A DNA stretch of 16,124 nt from Armatimonadota bacterium (GTDB taxonomy: Bacteria > Armatimonadota > SYMT01), in contig JBKBRF010000081.1 in NCBI GenBank assembly GCA_046292385.1, forward strand, positions 1 to 16,124, read 5' to 3'. The position numbers were made by a program, and so were the translations under genes. Positions within the stretch are counted from its first letter, which is position 1, and the number at the start of each line of letters is the position of its first letter. Below the pieces are notes generated by a model, which was given only the letters and a program-made list of their open reading frames with translations, was not told the origin of the DNA and ran no database searches. Below are positions 8,401-16,021 of the stretch, piece by piece.

Positions 8401-8909
8401 GCCGGCTCGAACGCACCATGGGCGGCACGCTGCTGCGGACGAAGAACTTCGACTACGTGACGAACGACCAGTCCGGCAACGGCGCCCAGTACGACGCACC
8501 GCGCCGCAGCCTCTACCTCCCGGTGATCCGGAACGCCGTCTTCGACGTCTTCCAGATCTTCGACTTCGTGGAGCCGAGCTTCCTGAACGGCAAGCGGGTC
8601 AGCACGACGGTCGCCCCCCAGGCGCTCTTCCTGCTGAACGGCCAGTTCGTGCTGGACCAGTCGAAGGCGCTGGCGGAGCGGATGCTGAAGCTGCCCGGGG
8701 ATGACGGCGCGCGGGTCCGCACCCTCTACCTGGAGGCATTCGGCCGACCCGCGGCGGCGGAAGAGGTGACGGCGGCGCAGCAGTACCTGAAGGCCTACGC
8801 CGACCGCCTGGCCGACGAGGAGAAGGACCCGGAGGCGCGCCGCCAGCGGGCGTGGCAGAGCCTGTGCCAGGTGGTCTTCGCCGCCAGCGAGTTCATCTAC
8901 GTGAATTAG
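5472..8909 (+). CDS. PSD1 and planctomycete cytochrome c domain protein (PSCyt1 + DUF1549 + DUF1553) with an internal CBM6/CBM35-like module, 1145 aa
   Basis: Signal peptide and AKPAA-rich linker; [10 protein letters not shown]...CAGCH (5715-5729); [42 protein letters not shown] and [11 protein letters not shown] (CxxCH at 6612-6626); [46 protein letters not shown] and a SEFIYVN C-terminus. Confidence 0.95.
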   Translation: [1145 protein letters not shown]

Positions 8910-8970
8910 GGGCCAGGGGCCAGGGGCCAGGGGCCAGGGGCCAGGGGCTAGGGTCTAGGGTCTAGGGTCC
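8908..8970 (+). repeat. Heptamer tandem repeat, 9 units: (AGGGGCC)5 AGGGGCT (AGGGTCT)2 AGGGTCC
   Basis: Read directly from the sequence; it begins within the TAG stop of the upstream gene. Confidence 0.95.
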
Positions 8971-9021
8971 CGTGCAGCGATCCGCTGAGCGGTGCTCGAG
9001 AGAGGCGTTCGGAGCAGTCTT

Positions 9022-9104
9022 TGGAGTGCGAGAGCTTGCTCTCGCTTTCGGCTGCCGGGCTAAGACTCGGAGGTCGGAAAGCGGCAGCAAGCTGCCGCAC
9101 TCCA
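9022..9104. repeat. Inverted doublet of REP-like palindromes (REPIN/BIME-like)
   Basis: TGGAGT-GCGAGAGC-TT-GCTCTCGC-TTTC (9022-9049) and GAAA-GCGGCAGC-AA-GCTGCCGC-ACTCCA (9077-9104). Each has a perfect 8-bp stem, and the two are inverted relative to each other. Confidence 0.85.
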
Positions 9105-9249
9105 CAGGCCGGAGCCGAGGGGTGGTCCATCGCGTGCGAAAGGGCCGGCCGTGACGGATCAGCCCCGGAGGGGCGGCGGATCTCCCCGCCCGCGGAACAT
9201 CGTTAGTGGAAGAGATCGGTCCGGAATGGCGGACAGGGAGAAGCGACCC

Positions 9250-10701
9250 GTGAATTGCAATCGGTTTATCCCCGTGCAGAGCCGGCGAGACCTGCTGAAG
9301 GTCTCCGCCAACGGCTTCGGCCTGATGGCCCTGGCGGCGCTCTTCCAGGACGAGGCCCGCGCGGCCCAGAAGGCGGCGGCGAAGGCGGGCGCGCGGCCCG
9401 CGGCGGCCCCGGTGACGCCTCTCAGCCCCAAGCAGCCCCACTTCAAGCCGAAGGCGAAGCGGATCATCTTCCTCTTCATGCACGGCGGGCCGTCGCAGGT
9501 CGACACCTTCGATCCCAAGCCGCTCCTCACCCGGGACAGCGGCAAGCCGTATCCCGGCCAGAAGCCGCGCGTGCAGTTCGCCCAGACCGGCAACCTGCTC
9601 AAGTCGCCGTGGGAGTTCAAGCAGTACGGGCAGAGCGGCATCCCGGTGAGCGACCTCTTCCCGCACACCGGCTCCTGCGTGGACGACCTCTGCGTGCTGC
9701 GCTCCATCCACGCCGATAACTCCGCCCACGGCGGCGCGCTGCTGCAGCTCCACACCGGGTCCGACACCTTCGTCCGGCCCAGCATCGGCTCCTGGGTCAC
9801 CTACGGCCTCGGCTCCGAGAACCAGAACCTGCCCGGCTTCGTCACCATCTGCCCCACCCTGGGCCACGGCGGCGTGCAGAACTGGAGCTCCGCCTTCCTA
9901 CCGGCCGACTTCCAGGGCACCCCCATCGGCAACGCCAGCGTGAAGGCGAAGGAAGCGCAGTTCAAGTACATCCGGAACCCGGAGACCACCGCCGACCTCC
10001 AGCGGGTGCAGTTGGAGATGCTGGAGCGGATGAACCGCCGTCACCTGGAGAGCATGGGGCCGGACCCGCAGCTCGAGGGGCGCATCAACTCGTTCGAGCT
10101 GGCGTTCCGCATGCAGAGCGCCGCGCCGGAGCTGATGGACATCTCCGACGAGTCGCCGGAGACGCTGAAGCTCTACGGCATCGGCGAGGAGCCGACCGAC
10201 AACTTCGGCCGCCAGTGCCTCCTCGCGCGCCGGTTCGCGGAGCGGGACGTCCGCTTCATCCAGTGCACCCACAGCTACAAGTGGGACCAGCACGGCGACC
10301 TCCGCAACGGCCACAGCCAGAACGCGAAGGAAGTCGACAAGCCGATCGCGGGTCTCCTGAAGGACCTGAAGGCGCGCGGCCTGCTGGACGATACCCTCGT
10401 CTGGTGGGGCGGCGAGTTCGGCCGCACCCCGACCGCGCAGGGGAACGACGGGCGCGACCACAACCCGCACGCCTTCAGCATGTGGCTGGCCGGCGGCGGC
10501 GTGAAGGGCGGCATGACCTACGGCGCCACCGACGACTACGGCTACTACGCGGTCGACAACAAGGTGCACATGCACGACCTGCACGCCACGATCCTGCACC
10601 TGCTCGGCCTGGACCACGAGCGGCTCACCTACCGCTACGCCGGCCGCGACTTCCGCCTCACCGACGTGCACGGCCACGTGGTGAAGGAGATCATCGGGTA
10701 G
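9250..10701 (+). CDS. DUF1501 domain-containing protein with a Tat-like leader, 483 aa
   Basis: GTG 9250 follows GGGAG; SRRDLL twin-arginine motif; KRIIFLFMHGGPSQVDTFDPKP, NFGRQCLLARR, WDQHG, GLLDDTLVWWGGEFGRTP, GRDHNP and HDLHATILHLLG. It is the usual partner of DUF1549/DUF1553 genes. The exact start is uncertain (ATG 9226 is possible). Confidence 0.93.
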   Translation: MNCNRFIPVQSRRDLLKVSANGFGLMALAALFQDEARAAQKAAAKAGARPAAAPVTPLSPKQPHFKPKAKRIIFLFMHGGPSQVDTFDPKPLLTRDSGKPYPGQKPRVQFAQTGNLLKSPWEFKQYGQSGIPVSDLFPHTGSCVDDLCVLRSIHADNSAHGGALLQLHTGSDTFVRPSIGSWVTYGLGSENQNLPGFVTICPTLGHGGVQNWSSAFLPADFQGTPIGNASVKAKEAQFKYIRNPETTADLQRVQLEMLERMNRRHLESMGPDPQLEGRINSFELAFRMQSAAPELMDISDESPETLKLYGIGEEPTDNFGRQCLLARRFAERDVRFIQCTHSYKWDQHGDLRNGHSQNAKEVDKPIAGLLKDLKARGLLDDTLVWWGGEFGRTPTAQGNDGRDHNPHAFSMWLAGGGVKGGMTYGATDDYGYYAVDNKVHMHDLHATILHLLGLDHERLTYRYAGRDFRLTDVHGHVVKEIIG

Positions 10702-10744
10702 GCAGCGCTTTTCGCCCGGGGCTCGCCGCGGCTACCGATCCGAG

Positions 10745-11302
10745 TCAGTTCCGCACCATCTCGGGCCGGTAGCCGCGCAGCAGCCGGCTGTCCGGATAGA
10801 GCCGGAGACCCTCGTCGAGGGTGGCCAGCGCCTCGTCCCACCGCCCGAGCCCGCGCAGTGCCTGGGCCCTATCGCTGTAGAGCGACTCGGCGACGTTCTG
10901 GTAGACTTCGGGGCTTTCGAGATCGCCGAGACGCAGCGGCAGCACCTCGAGACCCTTCTCTGCCGCTGCGAGGGCCTCTTCAAAACGGCCGAGCCAGACC
11001 AGTGCCAGCGCCTTGCCCGCCCAGGGATCGGCGTGACGCGGCTCGATGGCCAGGGCGCGCTCGTAGTAGCTGAGTGCTATGGCGCAGCCGGTTTTCGCGT
11101 CCCGTATCTCGGGACAATCGATGTCGTCCCACTCCAGCAGGGCGAGATCGCCAGCGAGGGTCAGCGCCTCCAGGTGATCGGGCTCGATCTGGAGTGCTTC
11201 CAGGAGACAGCGCCATGCCTGCGGCTCGTTTCCCTCACCGGAGCTCCGGCAGGAGAGTTTCAGCGCTCGTCGGAAGAGCGCTTCAGCATCCGGGTGACTC
11301 AT
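10745..11302 (-). CDS. Tetratricopeptide repeat protein, 185 aa
   Basis: Strong RBS (GAAGGAGG-TTA-ATG). TPR patterns: EALQIEPDHLEAL, YERALAIEPRHADPWAGKALALVWLGRFEEAL and LGRWDEALATLDEGLRLYP. Confidence 0.85.
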   Translation of the reverse strand: MSHPDAEALFRRALKLSCRSSGEGNEPQAWRCLLEALQIEPDHLEALTLAGDLALLEWDDIDCPEIRDAKTGCAIALSYYERALAIEPRHADPWAGKALALVWLGRFEEALAAAEKGLEVLPLRLGDLESPEVYQNVAESLYSDRAQALRGLGRWDEALATLDEGLRLYPDSRLLRGYRPEMVRN

Positions 11303-11405
11303 TAACCTCCTTCTGCCCCCACGACTGCGGGCATCCTCACGCGTAGACTACCGACAATTGTAATGATACCGGATCGCAGTACGCCGGTAGACAGGGGCCA
11401 CGGAC

Positions 11406-12167
11406 GTGCACATCGCGGAGGTCGCGCTCAGTTCGGAGACAGGCGAGGAGGGACTGGAGGCCCTGGGTAACCTCCTGGGTGCTTACCGTCTGAACGGCCA
11501 GGCGCTCGGCCGGGAGTTTCCGCTGTACGAGCGGGACGGCGCCTATCGGGCGGTGGTGCTGGTGCCCGCTCGGGACTCTCTCGAGCCGCGGTATGCCAAC
11601 CGCTGGGTTGCCGATTGGCTAGCCGACATCAGCCGGATCTCGCATCACGCGCCGGTGATCTCGATACTGGGTGAGGCCCCGGACGCCCGCGATCCCTGCG
11701 CGTGCGAGGAGCGTACCTCGCTCATCCTCTACACCACCTATGTCTCGCTGGAATCGTGCCTGCGGTGCGGGGACTGCTTCGACCCGGTGCCGCTCTACAC
11801 CATTCCCGCGACGGCGGACGCGGAATACCACGACATTCTCTCCTGGCAGAGCGATTACCAGGCGTGCGACCAGCTCCAGATGAACTGCCGCACGGGAGAG
11901 CGGTTCGGACTGCGGGAGCTGTCCCGGCTCGACAGCAGCCTCTCCCGCCGCGGCCTGGAGATCTGTCGAAAGATCGAGGCGGGCACCGGCTTGCCGACGT
12001 TCTACTACCTCTTGCGCTACTACGGAGTAAGCGCTCGCCGGGAGCGGGAGCGGCCCTGCCCCGGGTGTGGGCAGCCCTGGCGCCTGGATGAGCCGCTGCA
12101 CCGCCTCTTCGACTTCCGCTGTGAGCCGTGCCGCCTGCTCTCCAACCTCGCGTCAATGGTGCGATAG
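11406..12167 (+). CDS. DUF2310-family Zn-ribbon-containing protein, 253 aa
   Basis: NGQALGREFP, CAC...ILYTTYVS..SCLRCGDCF.PVPLY, WQSDYQACDQLQMN, PTFYYLLR, CPGC..W, FDFRCEPCRLLSN. GTG start. Confidence 0.85.
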   Translation: MHIAEVALSSETGEEGLEALGNLLGAYRLNGQALGREFPLYERDGAYRAVVLVPARDSLEPRYANRWVADWLADISRISHHAPVISILGEAPDARDPCACEERTSLILYTTYVSLESCLRCGDCFDPVPLYTIPATADAEYHDILSWQSDYQACDQLQMNCRTGERFGLRELSRLDSSLSRRGLEICRKIEAGTGLPTFYYLLRYYGVSARRERERPCPGCGQPWRLDEPLHRLFDFRCEPCRLLSNLASMVR

Positions 12168-13184
12168 GCGCCGGCTCTCACCGGAAGCGAGCCTCAGCTT
12201 CTCCTGCCCGGGCGGAGTAAGCGGGGCGAGGTAGAGGTTCCGGTTCGGGAAGTCAATGAGCATCCGGAACTGCGACAGAACGTTCATCCCCAGGGTAATC
12301 GGTGAAGCGGCGCCTTCCCCCTCCAAGTACGCGACCTCGGGCCCGGAGATGGTGTGCGGGCCGATGCGGATGGTCGGAATGCGGGTGCGGCGCAGCCGTT
12401 CTGCCGAGAAGCCGCTGGAGTACGGCTCTATCAACCCGTCAGGCTTCAGCCGCAGCGCCTCCGCCATCTCTCCGGTGATGAAGGTGATGGAGGACCCGGT
12501 GTCGAGGACCGCGGCTTGCTCGATGCCGCCGAAGTTAACGAGCAGCCAGAAGAGTCCTCCGGAGGCCCGGGTGATCGGGATCGGATCGCCGAACTGGAGC
12601 GCCGCCAGCTCACGCCGGGAGACCTGAGGCAGAAGCGCGCAGCGGGAAAGCTCCGGATCGAGGACCCACGCGGTCCTTTCGAGCGCGTCGGTCCCCAGGC
12701 TGCCGTCGGGCGCCCCGTCAACCGGCCACTCCGCACCACTTTTGACGAGGCGGAAGGAAGGCTCGTTGATCCCGCGCCTGCTCAGCGGAGTGTGAGAGAC
12801 ATAGCTGGGCCCGGGATCTTGACGGTAGAGGAGCAGCGGCAGGTTCCGGAACACGACCGGTGCGATGTTCAGACGGTCGATCGTCACGCAGGTGGTGTTC
12901 GGGTTCCGCGGGAGCTGCATGAGCGAGCGCTTCGGGCGCAATCCGAGTTGCCCGGCGACGGTCGCCCTGGCCTGCGAGTGGCGAATCGCCGTGTCTACCA
13001 CCAGGCGGAGGTGCTGGCCGCCGGCGACCTCCGCGGTCACGACCGGCTGGTGCTGGGGAGAGGCCTCCAACGGGTGCCAATGCGGGTCGGACGCTCCACG
13101 CGGAATTCGTTCAAGGAAGAGGGCGCCGGCTCCGGCGAGCAGCGCGAGGACGAGCAGGACGTAGGCGCCGCGAGGAAGCTTCAC
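12153..13184 (-). CDS. Exported or membrane-anchored retropepsin-like aspartyl protease with two domains, 343 aa
   Basis: N-terminal hydrophobic helix; LVVDTA...GSLGTDAL (lobe 1); AVLDTGSSITFI...TLGMNVLSQFRMLIDF (lobe 2). It overlaps the convergent DUF2310 gene by 15 bp. Confidence 0.8.
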   Translation of the reverse strand: MKLPRGAYVLLVLALLAGAGALFLERIPRGASDPHWHPLEASPQHQPVVTAEVAGGQHLRLVVDTAIRHSQARATVAGQLGLRPKRSLMQLPRNPNTTCVTIDRLNIAPVVFRNLPLLLYRQDPGPSYVSHTPLSRRGINEPSFRLVKSGAEWPVDGAPDGSLGTDALERTAWVLDPELSRCALLPQVSRRELAALQFGDPIPITRASGGLFWLLVNFGGIEQAAVLDTGSSITFITGEMAEALRLKPDGLIEPYSSGFSAERLRRTRIPTIRIGPHTISGPEVAYLEGEGAASPITLGMNVLSQFRMLIDFPNRNLYLAPLTPPGQEKLRLASGESRRLSHH

Positions 13185-13217
13185 CTGTCCTGGCTCCTGT
13201 GCCCGGCCGCCGCCGGC

Positions 13218-13249
13218 AAGAGATGGCGGGCAGGCTGCCGCCCGCCATC
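13218..13249 (-). terminator. Hairpin, possible terminator after DUF1080
   Basis: Perfect 10-bp stem GATGGCGGGC/GCCCGCCATC (13222-13249) with an 8-nt loop and only a short TCTT tail on the minus strand. Confidence 0.45.
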
Positions 13250-13275
13250 CGTGCTCTGGAGCTGGACGCCCGCCG

Positions 13276-13989
13276 TCAGTCGAGCGGCTCCAGCACGATG
13301 TTGCGGTAGAAGACCTCCGCGCCCTCGGACTGCAGGTTGATCTTGCCCCGGGTGCGGCTCAGGTTGGTGCCGACCATGTTCACCTTGCCGTTGACCCAGT
13401 GCTCCACGCGGTTACCGCGCGCCACCACCGTCACGGTGTTCCACTCGCCGTGCGGCTTCTCGTGGTCGGCGAACTTGACGGCGCGCTGGTAGTCCTTGCC
13501 GCCGCCCAGCTTCTTGCCGAGCACGAAGAGCGACGGCGCCTCGGTGCCGCCGGTGATCAACCACATGTCGCCGGTGTCGCCCTCCTGGATCTGCAGCTCG
13601 TAGGAGTTGGCCCACACCAGGTCCGGGCCGACCACGTGGTAGAGCAGGCCGGCGTCGCGCACCGCGTTCTCGCGCGGCGGCCACTTCTTCTGGCCCCACT
13701 TGAAGTCGACGCTTAGCCGGTAGTTCTCGTACTCCCGCTCCGTGCTGAGGTAGCCGAACGTCTGCCCGCTGACGTGAATCACCCCGTCCTCGACCTTGAA
13801 GACGCCCTGCGGGTCCTGGTTCTTGCCCACGCCGTCCAGGAAGGTGTACCAGCCGTCCAGGTTCTTGCCGTTGAAGAGCACCTGCCGCCCCGGCTGCCCC
13901 GCCGCGGAGCCGCTCGAGGCCCCCAGCGCCAGCGCCGCCGCCGCCGCGGCGAGGACCGCCATTCCGAGCCGAGCCATACCCGATCGCAT
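13276..13989 (-). CDS. DUF1080 / 3-keto-disaccharide hydrolase family protein, secreted, 237 aa
   Basis: AAAGGA RBS before ATG 13989; signal peptide; LFNGKNLDGW, GYLSTEREYENYRLSVDFKWG, YELQI, KPHGEWN and GKINLQSEGAEVFYRNI. Confidence 0.92.
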   Translation of the reverse strand: MRSGMARLGMAVLAAAAAALALGASSGSAAGQPGRQVLFNGKNLDGWYTFLDGVGKNQDPQGVFKVEDGVIHVSGQTFGYLSTEREYENYRLSVDFKWGQKKWPPRENAVRDAGLLYHVVGPDLVWANSYELQIQEGDTGDMWLITGGTEAPSLFVLGKKLGGGKDYQRAVKFADHEKPHGEWNTVTVVARGNRVEHWVNGKVNMVGTNLSRTRGKINLQSEGAEVFYRNIVLEPLD

Positions 13990-14104
13990 GCTTCGTTGTC
14001 CTTTCCCACGCCTCTGCCGGCCGAAGCCGGTCTGGAGGGAAAGTTCACCGCGCGGGGAGAGGATTCCCCCGGCCACCGGTAGCGAGCCGGGCACCGGAGA
14101 GGCA

Positions 14105-14698
14105 TCACTCGGTGGCGAACGACTCCAGGCCGGCGGGGAGCTCCACCCAGCGGTCTTCCCGGAAGACGGCGCCGTGGCTCGCCGGATCGAAGCCCTCCGG
14201 CCAGACCGTGAGCTCGTCGTAGAGCGCGGAGGTGAGCGCGGCGCCGTCCAGTGCGGCGCCGCGCAGGTCCGCCCCGAAGAGCGCGGTATTCCGGAGATCG
14301 GCGCCGCGCAGGTCGGCGCCGCGCAGGTCCGCGCGCCGGGCGAAGGAGAACTGGAGCCGCGCGTCTCGCAGGCTGGCGCCGCGCAGGTTGCTCTCGGTGA
14401 GGTCGGCCGCCGCGAGGTTCGCCCCCGCGGCGGCGGCGGAGGTCAGGACGGCCCGCCGCAGGTCCGCGCCGGCGAGGACAGCGCCCTCCAGGCGGGCGCC
14501 GCGGAGGTCGACTCCCGAAAGCCCGCGCTGCCGGAGGTTCTGCCCGGTCAGCCGGGCGCCGGCCAGACTGCCGCCGCGCAGCAGGGCATACTGGACGCTG
14601 CACTGCCGGAGCGCCGCATCCGCCCCGGCAAGCGCGAGCCCGAGCGCGAGCACGACCGCCACTCTCCTGACCTGCATCCGGCTCCGTTTCATCGGCAT
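14105..14698 (-). CDS. Pentapeptide repeat protein with an N-terminal hydrophobic segment, about 197 aa
   Basis: About 20 A(D/N)LxG-type pentapeptides (LRGARLEGAVLAGADLRRA...ADLRGADLRGADLRN) and a typical YDELTVWPEGFDP tail. The start could be 14698, 14692 or 14677. Confidence 0.88.
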   Translation of the reverse strand: MPMKRSRMQVRRVAVVLALGLALAGADAALRQCSVQYALLRGGSLAGARLTGQNLRQRGLSGVDLRGARLEGAVLAGADLRRAVLTSAAAAGANLAAADLTESNLRGASLRDARLQFSFARRADLRGADLRGADLRNTALFGADLRGAALDGAALTSALYDELTVWPEGFDPASHGAVFREDRWVELPAGLESFATE

Positions 14699-14853
14699 CC
14701 CATTCCTAGAAGAGTCTGAAATGGTGTTCGGCGCCGGGCGGACGCTCCCTCCCAGGCGAGCCGCATCGGGAGCTGCTTCGCTCGCGGCGGGTAGGAGTGC
14801 CGCCTCGAAACCGCGAACTCCCCTGCGGCCGATCCGGCCGCCAGGAGCCCGCC

Positions 14854-15801
14854 ATGTCCTCTCTCGAGCAGATCTATTCCCGCATTCGCCCCGGCCGCCT
14901 GATCCACGGCATCGCCGCCGCGCTCCTCCCGTTCCGGGAGGACGGCCGCATCGCGGAAGACGACTTCGCGCGCCACCTCCAGGCAACCCACGCCGCCGGT
15001 CTCACCAACGCGGTGAACATGGACACCGGCTACGCCAACCTGCTCTCGGACGAGGAGAAGGAGCGGGTGCTCCGCGTCACGCGCGAGGCGCTGGGGCCGG
15101 AGGTCGACTTCGTCGCCGGCGCCTTCGTAGAGGGGCGCGAGGGGGAGGTGGCGGCGCTCTACCGCCGCGAGATCGACCGCATCCACGCCTTCGGAGGCAC
15201 CCCGATCCTCTTCCAGACGAGCCGGGTTCACGGCAGGTCGCCGTCCGAGAAGGTGGCGCTCTACCGAGAAGTCTGCCGCGGGCAGGGGCGCGTGCTCGGC
15301 TTCGAGCTGGGGAAGATGTTCGCTCCGAACGGGGAGATCTGGGACGAGGAGACGTTCCGCGGCATGCTGGAGATCCCGGAGCTGGTCGGCGCCAAGCACT
15401 CCTCGCTCAGCAAAGTGGAGGAGCTGAAGCGCCTGGAGCTGCGCGATCGCCTCCGCCCGGAGTTCCGCGTCTACACCGGCAACGACCTCGGGATCGACAT
15501 GATCGAGTACGGCAGCGACTACCTCCTCGGGCTCGCCACCTTCTGCCCGGAGAAGTTCGCGGAGCGGGACCGCCTCTGGGCCGCGGGCGATCCCGCCTAC
15601 CTGGAGCTGGCGGAGGCGCTGCAGTACCTGGGGAACGTCGCCTTCCGGAGCCCCGTGCCGGCGTACAAGCACTCCGCCGCCCACTTCCTCCACCTGCAGG
15701 GCCGCCTCGCCACCGCCCGCACGCACCCCCGGAGCCCGGAGCGCCCGCCGTGGGAGCCGGAGATCCTGCGGAGCTGTTTGGAGCGGCTGGCGTTGGGATA
15801 G
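14854..15801 (+). CDS. Dihydrodipicolinate synthase family (class I aldolase-like) protein with non-canonical active-site motifs, 315 aa
   Basis: AGGAG RBS before ATG 14854; AALLPFREDGRI, LLSDEEKERVL, GAKHSS (Schiff-base Lys position), VYTGND and YGSDYLLGL. Confidence 0.85.
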   Translation: MSSLEQIYSRIRPGRLIHGIAAALLPFREDGRIAEDDFARHLQATHAAGLTNAVNMDTGYANLLSDEEKERVLRVTREALGPEVDFVAGAFVEGREGEVAALYRREIDRIHAFGGTPILFQTSRVHGRSPSEKVALYREVCRGQGRVLGFELGKMFAPNGEIWDEETFRGMLEIPELVGAKHSSLSKVEELKRLELRDRLRPEFRVYTGNDLGIDMIEYGSDYLLGLATFCPEKFAERDRLWAAGDPAYLELAEALQYLGNVAFRSPVPAYKHSAAHFLHLQGRLATARTHPRSPERPPWEPEILRSCLERLALG

Positions 15802-16006
15802 CGTGTTCCGGGCGTTGGGTACCGCTCCGCCGTGGTATGACCCCGGGGCATTGTCTCCCGCTCCCGTTCCAGGAGCCCCGGTATCTCACCGAGGGTCGAC
15901 CCCGAGCCCTTGTCTCCGGCGCCAGCCCTGGCGACATACTGTAGACGAAATCAGCGGGGCAGGAGGATCACCGGCTGCGAGCACTCCGGCGAGATTCCCC
16001 TGACGG

Positions 16007-16021
16007 GGAAGCGGTGGCAAG
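16007..16021 (+). repeat. 5' half of a REP-like palindrome (GGAA-GCGGTGG-CAAG), interrupted by the IS end
   Basis: Parallels 9077-9091 (GAAAGCGGCAGCAAG) and ends at CAAG immediately before the TIR. Confidence 0.7.

Noticed and set aside
8908..9104. CRISPR array
   Set aside because: No 23-47 bp direct repeats with unique spacers and no cas genes; these are heptamers and inverted REPs.
5103..10677. Long minus-strand ORFs (5103..6290, 6453..7265, 7293..8297, 8962..9867, 9898..10677)
   Set aside because: Antisense shadows of the well-supported PSCyt and DUF1501 genes.
14854..15801. Gene symbol dapA
   Set aside because: Canonical GTTGE and Tyr motifs are absent, so only a family-level call is made.
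14232..15944. 570-aa Arg/Pro-rich ORF with RRSAP repeats
   Set aside because: Off-frame or antisense reading of the pentapeptide and DapA-like genes.
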